From contig NZ_JAJQXW010000002.1 of assembly GCF_021246445.1 (NCBI RefSeq), positions 372,001-436,000 on the forward strand: 64,000 nt of DNA. Direction: 5' to 3'. Positions 10,211-20,672 of the stretch are shown here, piece after piece (position 1 is the stretch's first letter; each line of letters begins with the position of its first letter). A model generated the notes under the pieces. The model had not been told where the DNA came from. It did not search any database and saw nothing but the letters and a program-made list of their open reading frames with translations. The stretch is from Rhabdothermincola salaria. GTDB taxonomy: Bacteria > Actinomycetota > Acidimicrobiia > Acidimicrobiales > Acidimicrobilacustridaceae. The position numbers were made by a program, and so were the translations under genes.

Positions 10211-10930
10211 CTACATGGCGGCCCGGCCGGCGGTGATGCCTCCGTCGACGTAGATGATCTGGCCGTTCACGTAGCGGGCCTGGTCGCCGCAGAGGAAGGC
10301 CACCACGTCGGCGATGTCGCCCGGCGCGCCGACCCGTCCGAGGGGCACGCCCTGGGCCCGTTCGGAGGCCCGGTCGCCCTGGTAGTTGGCCGCCGTGCCG
10401 TCGCTCACCACGAGGCCGGGGCCGACGGCGTTGGCCCGGATGCCGGATGGGCCGAGCTCGAGCGCCATGGTGCGGGTGAGCGACTCCACGGCCGACTTGG
10501 TGGCCGGGTACATGCCCAGGCCCGGTGAGTGCGTCCAGGCCGCGCCGGAGGACAGGTTCACGATGCTGCCGCCCCCACCGGCCTTCATGAGGGGGGCGAA
10601 CGCCTGGGTGCACCAGACCACGCCGAGGACGTTGACGTCGATGACGGCCCGGGCGTCGTCCTCGGACATGTCGAGGATCGAGTGGAACCGCCAGATGCCG
10701 GCGTTGTTGACCAGGGCGGCGCAGCTCGGGAGCCGGGAGGCGACGGCGTGCACCGCGTCGCGGTCGGTGACGTCGCAACGATGCGCCTGGCCATCGACGG
10801 CCTCGGCCGTCTCCCGGGCCCGGTCGAGGTCGAGGTCGAGGACGACGACCTCGTGGCCGTCGGCCGCCAGGCGCACCGCGGTGGCCTGCCCCAGTCCCTG
10901 TCCTGCTCCGGTCACGACGGCGATGCCCAT
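10211..10930 (-). CDS. SDR family oxidoreductase
   Basis: TGAGQGLG, NNAG, YPATK (YxxxK). Confidence 0.92.
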   Translation of the reverse strand: MGIAVVTGAGQGLGQATAVRLAADGHEVVVLDLDLDRARETAEAVDGQAHRCDVTDRDAVHAVASRLPSCAALVNNAGIWRFHSILDMSEDDARAVIDVNVLGVVWCTQAFAPLMKAGGGGSIVNLSSGAAWTHSPGLGMYPATKSAVESLTRTMALELGPSGIRANAVGPGLVVSDGTAANYQGDRASERAQGVPLGRVGAPGDIADVVAFLCGDQARYVNGQIIYVDGGITAGRAAM

Positions 10931-11029
10931 GTGGCTCCACTCCCTCCGGGCCCCGTTGGCCCCCGCCGATCGTGCCAGACCGGCGGGCGCCGACCGGTCC
11001 GGGCGGGCGGCACCCGGCCGGCCCGGGTG

Positions 11030-11899
11030 TCAGGCCACGTCGTCGAGCTTGAAGACCCGCTTGGCGTTCTCGCGGAGGAACAAGGGCCACACCTCGTCCT
11101 TCAGCGGCACGTCGCGCATCTCGGTGAAGATCCTCTCGAGGCTCAGCCCGGCGGGGTAGTAGCCGGCGTACATGATCTTGTCGCGGCCCCGGCTGTTGGC
11201 GTACTTGATGATCGCCTCCGGGTAGTACTTGGGGGCGAAGGCGGACGGCATGTAGTAGAGCCCCGGCCACTTGAGCATGAGCTTGACGGCCAGCTCCTCC
11301 CACGGCTCGGCGCCGTGGCGCATCACGATGCGCAGCTCGGGGAAGTCGTAGCAGACCTGGTCGAAGTGCATGACGTGCTGGCACTCCGCCGGGAAGCGCG
11401 GACCGGGGATGCCCGCGTTGGCGATGATGGGGATGTCGAGGTCGATGCAGGTCTGGTAGATCGGGTAGTACCGGCGATCGCTCACCGGGACCTGCGGGTT
11501 GCAGCCGGCTGGGAAGGTGGTGACGGCCTTGATGCCGTGGTCGGCGTGGGCCTGGCGGATCTTGCGGACGCACCCGGTGATGTCGTTGGGGTCGACCTCC
11601 ATGCCGAAGTAGACGCGGTTCGGGTGGCGCCTCTTGGCCTCGATGGCATTGTCGGACAACCCGAACAGGCCGGCGGCCACGCCCCACTTGTCCATCTCGC
11701 CGATGGTGACCTCGATCGGATCGGTGTCGTCGTCCGCCTCGTCGGGCACGTCCTTGAACATGTAGCCGGCGGGCATCTCGAGGTCGTCGGAGCCCCCGTC
11801 CTTGATGCCGGGCTTCAGGTACTCGTACACCGCCTTCTTGTCCTTGAAGGGGAAACCGATCATCAAGTCGATGGCACCGACGCCGTCGGGATAGGCCAT
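11030..11899 (-). CDS. amidohydrolase family protein
   Basis: YYPIYQTCIDLDIPI, DFPELRIVMRHGAEPW and LFLRENAKRVF, typical of actinobacterial amidohydro_2 proteins; AGGAG RBS. Confidence 0.88.
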   Translation of the reverse strand: MAYPDGVGAIDLMIGFPFKDKKAVYEYLKPGIKDGGSDDLEMPAGYMFKDVPDEADDDTDPIEVTIGEMDKWGVAAGLFGLSDNAIEAKRRHPNRVYFGMEVDPNDITGCVRKIRQAHADHGIKAVTTFPAGCNPQVPVSDRRYYPIYQTCIDLDIPIIANAGIPGPRFPAECQHVMHFDQVCYDFPELRIVMRHGAEPWEELAVKLMLKWPGLYYMPSAFAPKYYPEAIIKYANSRGRDKIMYAGYYPAGLSLERIFTEMRDVPLKDEVWPLFLRENAKRVFKLDDVA

Positions 11900-11990
11900 G
11901 GGAGCTCCTCCGTGCCCGGGCTGCGATCGTGGTGCCGCACGGTCGTGCGGGTCGGGCCGGGGACGCCCGGCGAGGTCCCCGACGAGGCGA

Positions 11991-12020
11991 TCCTAGGCGG
12001 GCGTTACTGGACATGGTCAA
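11991..12020 (-). promoter_or_regulatory. sigma-A type promoter TTGACC-N18-TAGGAT for the 11899 amidohydrolase
   Basis: Minus strand: -35 TTGACC (12020-12015), 18-nt spacer, -10 TAGGAT (11996-11991). Confidence 0.6.
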
Positions 12021-12171
12021 GGAACTCGGGGGGCCTCCGCAGCCGGGCCGCCCCCGGGGTCGTGCGTTCGGGGCCCATCTCACGACGCAGGGGTCCAACG
12101 GCCCTCCCCGACCCGGCCGGTGGAACAGGACACTGGACTCGGAAGCCACCGATGCCGGAGGTGGTGGCACC

Positions 12172-13068
12172 GTGACCACCCTCCCACCACGGACACGACG
12201 CACCGAGCCCGCCGCCGCGGCCAGCCGCGTGGCCCGGCGAGCAGCGGACGCCGGCCTCGGCGGTCCCGCCCCTCCACCCGAGCGCCATCGGGTCCGTCGC
12301 GGCCTGCTGGTGGCGGCAGCCGCGGTGGCCGTCGTGCTGGGAGGCGGGATCGCCTACGTGTTCTGGCCCCGGCCGGCCACCCCGATCACCGAGGAGGATG
12401 CCCTGGCCCAGTACCGGGCCGAGATCGGGGATCCCTCCGCCGCCGCGGTCACGGGCGAGATCCCCGCCGGGGTCTACCGCTACGCGGCGAGCGGAGAAGA
12501 GGCGGTCAGCATCGGTGGGGTGCCGGTCCCGTCCCGCACCGTCCCGGAGCTGGTGACCCTCGTCGTGCAGCCCGAGGGCGACTGCACGCGGCTGACCCTG
12601 AACCTCATGTCCGAGCACACCGAATCCAGCACCTACTGCCGAGACGACCAGGGCGGTCTGGTCCTGACCGCCCAGTCGAAGTTCCAGCAGGTCGCCGGCT
12701 TCACGACCCGGGGCGCCACCGAGTGCACCGAGGGGAGCCTGGGTCGCCCCGGGGACGGCCCTCGGGCTGTGCAGTGCGCCCTGCGCCTCGAGGTGGCCGG
12801 GACCACCCTGGCCGTGGATCTCATCGGCACGGCCCGCTGGGGGGCGCCCGAGACCCTCGGGGTGGCGGGCGAGGCTCGCACCGCCGAGCGGCTGGTGCTC
12901 GACCTGACCGCCAGCGGAGATCTGGCCGGGCACTGGACGGAGCGCCAGTGGCTGGACCGGGAGCTGGGGGTCCCCCTGCGGATCGAGCGCGACATCGAGC
13001 TCGACGGTCCCGGGCGCTTCGCCGAGACCACGACCCTCGACCTCCTCGACCTCACGCCCAGCCGCTGA
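12172..13068 (+). CDS. hypothetical membrane-anchored protein
   Basis: One TM segment (LLVAAAAVAVVLGGGIAYVFW), then a beta-rich Cys-containing domain; start uncertain. Confidence 0.65.
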   Translation: MTTLPPRTRRTEPAAAASRVARRAADAGLGGPAPPPERHRVRRGLLVAAAAVAVVLGGGIAYVFWPRPATPITEEDALAQYRAEIGDPSAAAVTGEIPAGVYRYAASGEEAVSIGGVPVPSRTVPELVTLVVQPEGDCTRLTLNLMSEHTESSTYCRDDQGGLVLTAQSKFQQVAGFTTRGATECTEGSLGRPGDGPRAVQCALRLEVAGTTLAVDLIGTARWGAPETLGVAGEARTAERLVLDLTASGDLAGHWTERQWLDRELGVPLRIERDIELDGPGRFAETTTLDLLDLTPSR

Positions 13069-13139
13069 GGGAGTGGGGCATCGCCACCTCACCATCCCGC
13101 CGGCGCCCGACCCTCGGCCGGCGCTGGCAGGCTGGGGCC

Positions 13140-13613
13140 ATGCCCACCACCGACCACGTCGTGCTCGACCTGACCGACCTCGACGCCGTCGGCGTGCTCA
13201 CCGACGTGATCGTCGACCTGCGCGGCCACGTCATGGAGCGCGACGTCGCCGCCGTGGCCACCGTCGCCGCGCCCGAGGGATGGCACCGGTTCACCCTCAC
13301 GGCCATGCCCGGCGGGCACCTCGTGCTGGGCGTGCGCTTCGCCGAGCTCACCAAGAGCCGCACCAACAACGTCGCCGAGGCCCTCGACCGGCGCGGGTGG
13401 CAGCTCGACGAGGACGGCGGCGGCGCCACCCATCGTCACCCTCCGGGCACCGATGCCATGACGATCGCGTTCGAGGCCCTGACCCTCATCGGTGCCGCCG
13501 GGGCTCCTCGCACGCAGCGCCGCGTCACCGCCGTGGGGGCCGACGAGGAACCGCTTCCCTTCACCCTCCCCGAGCCGACCGACGACGAGGACGAGCCCGA
13601 GCCCGGCCCCTGA
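13140..13613 (+). CDS. hypothetical protein
   Basis: Good codon bias; CAGGCT 6 nt before the ATG. Confidence 0.65.
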   Translation: MPTTDHVVLDLTDLDAVGVLTDVIVDLRGHVMERDVAAVATVAAPEGWHRFTLTAMPGGHLVLGVRFAELTKSRTNNVAEALDRRGWQLDEDGGGATHRHPPGTDAMTIAFEALTLIGAAGAPRTQRRVTAVGADEEPLPFTLPEPTDDEDEPEPGP

Positions 13614-13669
13614 GGCCGCGGCATACTGGCCGGGCGCTCGTTCTCGAGCGCCCGGGGGAACGGAGGACC

Positions 13670-14470
13670 ATGGGACTGGCCGACGCACACGCCGTGACCC
13701 GCCGAGGTGAAGGGCCCACGACCGTGGTGATGGCCCACGGGCTCGGCGGCGACCAGTCCCACTGGGCGGCGGTGGCCGAGCACCTCGCCGACCGCCACCA
13801 GGTCATCACCTTCGACATCGCCGGCTCGGGGCGCAGCGACCCAGCCTTGTTCTCCCCCGTCCGCCACGCCAGCATCGTCGGCTTCGCCGACGACCTCGCC
13901 CAGCTGTGCGCCGAGCTCGAGCTGCGCAACGCCTTCTACGTGGGCCACTCCATGTCCGGCATGGCGGGCGCGTTGGCCTCGGCCGCCGACCCGGGGCTCT
14001 TCGACCGGATGGTCCTCCTCGGCGCCAGCGCGCGCTATGTCGACGACCCGACCACTGGCTACGTCGGCGGCTTCACCCAGGAGGCGATCGAACAGCTCCT
14101 GGGGGCCATCGCCAGCGACTTCACCCTCTGGTCGGCGGGCTTCGCCTCCCACGTCATGGCCCAACCGGACCGGCCCGACCTGGGCACCGAGTTCGCTCGG
14201 TCCTTGGCCCGCTACCAACCCGACGTGGCGCTCACCGTCTTCCGCGCCGCCTTCCTCAGCGACTTCCGGGCCGAGATGAGCCTTCTGTCCACCCCGACGC
14301 TGGTGCTCAACGGCGTCGCCGATCCGGCCGTCCCCACCAAGGCCGCCCGATGGTTGGCCGATGCGGTCGCCGACGGCCACTTCGCCGAGATCGACGTGGA
14401 GGGTCACTTCCCCCACGTGGTCGACCCCGCTTCCGTGATCGCACCGATCGACGTCTTCCTCGGACCGTGA
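13670..14470 (+). CDS. RsbQ/KAI2/D14-like alpha/beta hydrolase
   Basis: AHGLGGDQSHW, VGHSMSG nucleophile, GASARYVDD..YVGGF, WSAGFA and EGHFPHV; GGAGG RBS. Confidence 0.85.
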   Translation: MGLADAHAVTRRGEGPTTVVMAHGLGGDQSHWAAVAEHLADRHQVITFDIAGSGRSDPALFSPVRHASIVGFADDLAQLCAELELRNAFYVGHSMSGMAGALASAADPGLFDRMVLLGASARYVDDPTTGYVGGFTQEAIEQLLGAIASDFTLWSAGFASHVMAQPDRPDLGTEFARSLARYQPDVALTVFRAAFLSDFRAEMSLLSTPTLVLNGVADPAVPTKAARWLADAVADGHFAEIDVEGHFPHVVDPASVIAPIDVFLGP

Positions 14471-16230
14471 GCTTCGCCGACGACGGGAGCCTGGTGGCCG
14501 CCCTCGATCGAGCGCGAGACGACTTCGGGGCGAGCGCCGCGCTCGTCGTCGAGTCCGTGCATCGCGCCACCCCAGCCGTGCTGGCCTCCGCGCCCGCCTC
14601 CCTGCTCGGGCCCGGGGCGCCGTGGCCGGTGCAACCGACCGCGTTCACCCGGACGTCGGGGCCCGCCGTCGAGCGCGACCCGGTGCGCCTCGCCACCCTG
14701 GTGCCGACAAGCGTCCGCCTCGCGCTCGGCGGGCCGCCGGTCGCCGTCCACCACACCCACCTCGCGCCGGCCCGCGCCGAGCTGGTGATCCTGTGGACCG
14801 ACCTCCCCGCGCGCCCGGACGCGGACGCCGCCCTTGAGGGGCTCGACACTGCCATGCTGGCCCGACGGACGGCTCAGTGCCGTCTGCGCCTGGCGGCCGA
14901 GGCCGACGCTGTCCGCCTCCGTGCCGTGCTCACGACCCTCGACGACGCGCTCGTCATGATCGACGACGCCGGCGACCGCGGCTGGCTCAACGCAGCGGCC
15001 GCCGACCTGCTCGACCTCCACTCCGGCGACGTGGCCGCCGCCGCCCTGGCCGAGGCCATCGGCCGGCTCCGCCGCCGGTCTCGCGACCCCGAAGCCCTCG
15101 AGCGCAGGGCCAACGAGCACCTCGCCAATCCCTCGGCGAGCATCGAGGACTGGCTCTGGGAGTTCGACGACCCACCCACCCACCTCCGCGTGAGCACGAC
15201 CCCTCTGCAGGGGGCCGGCCTGTCAGGGCGGATCTGGGTCTTCGACGACATCTCCACCGAGCGGCGTCTGCTCGACCAGGAGAAGCAGGCCCGTCGCGAC
15301 GCCGAGGACGCCTCCGCCGCACTGGCCACCTCCGAAGAACGCCTGCGCGAGGCCCAGGCCCTGCTCAGGACCACCTTCGACGCGCTCATGGACCCCTGCG
15401 TCCTACTCGTGGCCGAACGACGCGACGGCCAGGTGGTCGACTTCCGCTGCGTCGAAGCCAACCGGGCCGCTGCCGAGGACCAGGGCCTCGGCCCGGGTGA
15501 CCTGGTCGGCAGTCGCCTCGGGGACCACTTCCCCGGCGCGGACCTCTCCACGCTCATCGAGTCCTGGACCGATGTCGTCGACGGTGGGCCAGCCCTCGTC
15601 CTCGACGACCTGGTCAGCCCTCCGGGCGTCCTCCACCAGAGCCGGCGCTACGACGTCCGCTCGGCCAAGGCAGGCGACGGCGTGGTGGTGACCTGGCGGG
15701 ACGTGACCGAGCGCAGCATGGCCTCCGAGGCCCTCGACCGCCGGGCCCGTACCGACGAGCTCACCGGGCTGGCGAACCGGGCCGAGGTCATCGACCACCT
15801 CTCCACCCGACTGGCGGCGACCGACCGTTCGGGCGAGCTGGCCGCGCTCTTCTGCGACATCGACCACTTCAAGGACATCAACGACACTTGGGGTCACGCG
15901 ACCGGCGACGAGGTGCTGCGCTCCATCGCCCGCCAGGCCCCGTCGGTCATCCGCAGCGGCGATGTCTTCGGGCGCATGGGAGGCGACGAGTTCCTGGCCG
16001 TGCTCGACGGGGTCGCCGACCTCGACCACGCCGTCCAGATCGCCGAACGGCTGCGCCGCCGGATCCGAGAGCCACTGGAGCTGAGCACCGGAACCCTCCT
16101 GGTGGGGCTGAGCGTCGGGGTCGTGCTGGCCCGGCCCGGCGAGACGTTGGACGACCTGCTGGCGCGATCCGACCACGCCATGTACCGGGCCAAGCGCGCC
16201 GGACGCAACCGGGTCTTCCCCATCGACTGA
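14467..16230 (+). CDS. PAS-containing diguanylate cyclase
   Basis: GTGA overlap with the upstream stop; two PAS-like segments; TDELTGLANR, DIDHFKDINDTWGH, RSGD I-site and intact GGDEF. Confidence 0.9.
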   Translation: MSFADDGSLVAALDRARDDFGASAALVVESVHRATPAVLASAPASLLGPGAPWPVQPTAFTRTSGPAVERDPVRLATLVPTSVRLALGGPPVAVHHTHLAPARAELVILWTDLPARPDADAALEGLDTAMLARRTAQCRLRLAAEADAVRLRAVLTTLDDALVMIDDAGDRGWLNAAAADLLDLHSGDVAAAALAEAIGRLRRRSRDPEALERRANEHLANPSASIEDWLWEFDDPPTHLRVSTTPLQGAGLSGRIWVFDDISTERRLLDQEKQARRDAEDASAALATSEERLREAQALLRTTFDALMDPCVLLVAERRDGQVVDFRCVEANRAAAEDQGLGPGDLVGSRLGDHFPGADLSTLIESWTDVVDGGPALVLDDLVSPPGVLHQSRRYDVRSAKAGDGVVVTWRDVTERSMASEALDRRARTDELTGLANRAEVIDHLSTRLAATDRSGELAALFCDIDHFKDINDTWGHATGDEVLRSIARQAPSVIRSGDVFGRMGGDEFLAVLDGVADLDHAVQIAERLRRRIREPLELSTGTLLVGLSVGVVLARPGETLDDLLARSDHAMYRAKRAGRNRVFPID

Positions 16231-16293
16231 TCGACATCAGGTGATCGACGTCCGGCCCGCCGACGGGCGGTCGCCGGGCCCACGCGGTGCTGC

Positions 16294-17019
<726 letters not shown>

Positions 17020-17039
17020 GGCGACCATCTTCCCGGAGA

Positions 17040-17064
17040 GAACCGGCCAGTGTGTGGCCGGTTC
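17040..17064. promoter_or_regulatory. 10-bp inverted repeat GAACCGGCCA-N5-TGGCCGGTTC, probable WYL-regulator operator
   Basis: Perfect inverted repeat in the 63-bp divergent gap between the TIGR03086 gene and the WYL gene. Confidence 0.6.
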
Positions 17065-17082
17065 ACTCGCGACAATGGTCCC

Positions 17083-18033
17083 GTGCGCGCCGATCGTCTG
17101 CTCTCCGTCCTGCTGTTGCTCCAAGCCCGCGGCACGGTGACCGCCGCCGAGGTCGCCGAGGAGATGGAGGTCTCCGAGCGCACGGCCCGTCGGGACCTCG
17201 AGGCGCTGGCCATGGCCGGCGTGCCGGTCTACAGCCAGCGGGGCCGCAACGGTGGCTGGCGACTGGTGGGCGGCGCCCGCACCGATCTCACCGGCCTCAC
17301 CGCCGACGAGGCCCGAGCGCTCTTCCTCGTGGCCGGTCCCGCCTCGGCCGCCACCCCGCAGGTGAAGGCGGCCCTGCGCAAGCTCGTCCAGGCCCTGCCG
17401 GAGCCCTTCCGCCCGGCGGCGGAGGCCGCATCGGCGGCGGTGGTGGTCGACCCGATGGGATGGGGCCACACGCGCCCGGCCGGGGAGCACCCGCCGCCCC
17501 ACCTCGACTCCCTCCAGAAGGCCGTCGTCCACGGCGAGCAGGTGGACCTCGGCTACGTGGCCCGATCGGGGGACGCCACGACGAGGCGAGTCCACCCGCT
17601 GGGGCTCGCCGCCAAGCGCGGGGTCTGGTACCTCGTCGCCGACACCGAGGCGGGTTCGCGCACCTTCCGCGTCGATCGGGTCACGTCGGTGGACCCCACC
17701 GGCGAGCCGGTCGTGCGCCCCGACGACTTCGACCTCGACGCAGCCTGGGCGTCGGTCACCGCCGAGGTGGTCGCCCGCTGGTCCTCGGTGACGGCCCGGG
17801 GCCTGGCCGACCCCGAGCGGCTCGAGATCATGCGCATGGTGCTCGGTGCTCGTCTGCGCATCGGTCCGACGACATCCGATGGACGTGTCCAGGTGGAGGT
17901 GGAGGGCGGCCACCCCTATGGCATGGCGGCCGAGCTGGCCGGCTGGGGCGCCACCCTCGAGATCGTCGAGCCGGCCGAGATGCGCGACCACCTCGCCCGC
18001 ATCGGTGCCGAGCTGGTGGCCGCCTACGGCTGA
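17083..18033 (+). CDS. HTH-WYL domain transcriptional regulator (YafY/PafB-like)
   Basis: RADRLLSVLLLLQ, VSERTARRDLEAL HTH; VHPLGLAAKRGVWYLVA, RTFRVDRV. Confidence 0.92.
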   Translation: MRADRLLSVLLLLQARGTVTAAEVAEEMEVSERTARRDLEALAMAGVPVYSQRGRNGGWRLVGGARTDLTGLTADEARALFLVAGPASAATPQVKAALRKLVQALPEPFRPAAEAASAAVVVDPMGWGHTRPAGEHPPPHLDSLQKAVVHGEQVDLGYVARSGDATTRRVHPLGLAAKRGVWYLVADTEAGSRTFRVDRVTSVDPTGEPVVRPDDFDLDAAWASVTAEVVARWSSVTARGLADPERLEIMRMVLGARLRIGPTTSDGRVQVEVEGGHPYGMAAELAGWGATLEIVEPAEMRDHLARIGAELVAAYG

Positions 18034-18128
18034 GGCGCACCGCCCAGGACGGCGCCGGCCGCCCCCCGTTGGGTCTCGACCACGGTCTCCCTACGGTGAG
18101 TCGTTCACCGATGCGAAGGAGACCGCAC

Positions 18129-18434
18129 ATGCTCACGTGCACGCCCGCCGCCGCCGCCAGCCTCGAAGAGGTCCGCAAGCAGAACCTCTACCCCGACGAG
18201 CTGGGCGTTCGGATCTTCCCCGCCCAGTCGCCGGAAGGCGAGGTGGGACTCGGCATCGACTTCGCCCAGCCGGCCGAGGGCGACCGCGTCACCGAGCAGC
18301 ACGGCACCACCCTCATCGTCGACCCCGAGCTCGACGACCAGCTCTCGGAGCTCACCCTCGACGTCGTGCCCGACCCGTCGGGCAACGGGAACGCGTCGCC
18401 ACAGCTGGTGCTGCGCCCCCGCGACGAGGCCTGA
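18129..18434 (+). CDS. HesB/IscA-like fold protein without the Fe-S cysteines
   Basis: MLTCTPAAAASL...GVRI...GDRVTEQHGTTLIVDPEL...LTLDV; AAGGAG RBS. Confidence 0.65.
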   Translation: MLTCTPAAAASLEEVRKQNLYPDELGVRIFPAQSPEGEVGLGIDFAQPAEGDRVTEQHGTTLIVDPELDDQLSELTLDVVPDPSGNGNASPQLVLRPRDEA

Positions 18435-18446
18435 TCTCCGCTGCGG

Positions 18447-18950
18447 TCAGAGGGCGTCGAGGGCGATGACCGGGAGGTCGAAGACCACCTGTTCGTTCTC
18501 GGGGCCCTCGACCGCGGTGCGCGAGTACGACGCGTAGCGACGGCGGGCGAACCACCAACGACCGTCGGCGTCGCGCTCGAAGACGTCGTGGTACACGCCG
18601 AAGGCGTTGGTGCGCCGGCCGCCCTCGACGTCTTGGCGCAGCTCCTGCATGTACATCCGCCCGGCGGCGTGGCCGTCGTCGACGCGCACGTCGATCACGG
18701 TGTTCAGGATCACGAACTCGAAGAACGAGAAGCGCTGCAGCTCGGTGCCGATGAAGTCGCCGATCGCCGCTGGTCCCTCGTGACGCATGGTGCGGTCGCC
18801 GAGGTCGAGGTCGAGCGTGCACGTCGGACGCATGATCTGGTGCAGCTCGGGCCACTCGCGACGGGTCACGATGTCGGCGTAGCGGTTCTGCAACCGTCGC
18901 AGCGCCACGTACTCCACCGTCTCGGCCAGGCGGCTCTCGTCCATCCCCAT
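18447..18950 (-). CDS. SnoaL_4 / NTF2 family protein
   Basis: ALRRLQNRYADIVTRREW, GVYHDVFERDADGRWWFARR. Confidence 0.85.
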   Translation of the reverse strand: MGMDESRLAETVEYVALRRLQNRYADIVTRREWPELHQIMRPTCTLDLDLGDRTMRHEGPAAIGDFIGTELQRFSFFEFVILNTVIDVRVDDGHAAGRMYMQELRQDVEGGRRTNAFGVYHDVFERDADGRWWFARRRYASYSRTAVEGPENEQVVFDLPVIALDAL

Positions 18951-19082
18951 GCATCCCCCTCGTCGACCCGCGGTTGCGGCTGATGGCGACCGTACCGGGT
19001 CGGCGACGTCCGCCGCCGGGACGATCCGGGTAGGGACGTCCCACGCCCCGCCGCACCTGCGGCCCGATCCCTGGAGGACGAC

Positions 19083-19301
19083 ATGGCGAACGAACCCACC
19101 CCCGGCACCGACACCCCGACCGGCACCGACCCCGACGCCAAGTACCGCGAGCCCGGCTACCAGGACAAGTCCATCGGCCAGGCCGGCAAGCAGGACCAAG
19201 AGCTCGCCGAGGACCTCCTCGAGCAGACCGGCGGCGACGAGAGCGAGGCCGCCGAACGCTTCGCCGACGAGTCCGCCGGGGCGCCCGCCCGCCACGAGTG
19301 A
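19083..19301 (+). CDS. small acidic hypothetical protein
   Basis: GGAGG RBS and good codon bias. Confidence 0.65.
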   Translation: MANEPTPGTDTPTGTDPDAKYREPGYQDKSIGQAGKQDQELAEDLLEQTGGDESEAAERFADESAGAPARHE

Positions 19302-19517
19302 CCCCGCCGGGGCCTCCTCGGGCACCGGTGCACACCGATCACGACGGCCGCCTCCGGCGGCCGTCGTCGCGTCCGGGGACGGGTGCGGCGCGCCCAGCGA
19401 GCGACAGGCGGAGCACGAGCGGAACGACGACGGACCGACTTCCTCACCGCTCGTCCTGCGTGCAGAGACGGAGCCCATCCGCGAGGATGCACGCTCCGAC
19501 GTCCATGGGGGGATGAG

Positions 19518-20633
19518 ATGAGCGAGCTCCGGTCGCGCGCTGCGTTCGACGAGTTGTTGGCCTCACTGCGCGAGGCAGCCGACGACTGGGTGGTGCCCGG
19601 ACCGGGCATGAGCGACGACGACGTGGCCGAGGGCTTCCGCAACCTCACCCACATCCTCCAGAGCGCTCTGTACTCCCACCAGGAGTTCGACCCGGACCGA
19701 CCGGTCTTCCACCGCATCGTGTCGCCCACCCGCTCGTTCACCGGCGACAACAGCGACGCCGTGTACTACGAGACCCCGGTGGCGCCGGGTCGCACCTACA
19801 TCGTCAGAGGCAACCTGGCCGGCGCCGTCTACACCTCGTTCACCATGGAGGCCGGGGCCGCCGACGGCGCCTACGCCACCCACAACTCCGGGGTGCTCAA
19901 CGACACCCAGATCGACATCGACCCCGACGGCAACTACGAGATCCGGCTGGGCGGTGAGCCCGCCGAGCGCAACTGGATGGACATCGGAGCCAACGGCGGC
20001 CGCATCACGACCCGCCACTACTTCGAGTGGCCCCACTCGGCGTCGGCCTCCCAGACCCTCCACGTGCCGTTGAGCATCGAGGTCCTCGACCCGCCCCCTC
20101 CCCCTCCCCGGTGGGGCGACGAGCGCGTCGCTCGAGCCATCCAGCGGGTCACCAACCACGTGCGGGGCAAGACCGTCGACCAACCGCCCCGCGACCCCGA
20201 CGCCGGGCCGCCGGCACCGTTCGTGTCCATCACCCCCAACGAGATCCCGAAGCCGGTCGTGCCCGGCGACATGGCCTTCGCCGCCGTCGACGCGGCCTAC
20301 TCGATGTTCCCGTACCTGATCGGCCCCGACGAGGCCCTGGTCATCACCGGGCGCTGGCCCGAGTGCCGCTTCGCCAACGTGTGCCTGTGGAACCGGTGGT
20401 CGCAGATGTACGACTACGTCAACCGGCAGGTGAGCCGGAACCGGGCCAACACCACCCTCGAGGCCGACGGCAGCTTCCGCCTGGTCCTGGCCCACGAGGA
20501 TCCGGGCCTGCCCAACTGGATCGACACCGAAGGGCGGCCCCTGGGCACGGTGTTCTTCCGGTTCTTCCTCCCCGAGGGCGACATCGAGACCCCCGTGGCC
20601 GAGGTCGTGAAGTTCGCCGACCTGAAGGCCTGA
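19518..20633 (+). CDS. DUF1214-domain protein (paralog 1)
   Basis: GDNSDAVYY, TTRHYFEW, DGSFRLVLAHEDPGLPNWIDTEG. Confidence 0.8.
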   Translation: MSELRSRAAFDELLASLREAADDWVVPGPGMSDDDVAEGFRNLTHILQSALYSHQEFDPDRPVFHRIVSPTRSFTGDNSDAVYYETPVAPGRTYIVRGNLAGAVYTSFTMEAGAADGAYATHNSGVLNDTQIDIDPDGNYEIRLGGEPAERNWMDIGANGGRITTRHYFEWPHSASASQTLHVPLSIEVLDPPPPPPRWGDERVARAIQRVTNHVRGKTVDQPPRDPDAGPPAPFVSITPNEIPKPVVPGDMAFAAVDAAYSMFPYLIGPDEALVITGRWPECRFANVCLWNRWSQMYDYVNRQVSRNRANTTLEADGSFRLVLAHEDPGLPNWIDTEGRPLGTVFFRFFLPEGDIETPVAEVVKFADLKA

Positions 20634-20672
20634 CCCCGTCCACTCGGATCGGGCTCGTTCAGGCCGCCCCGT

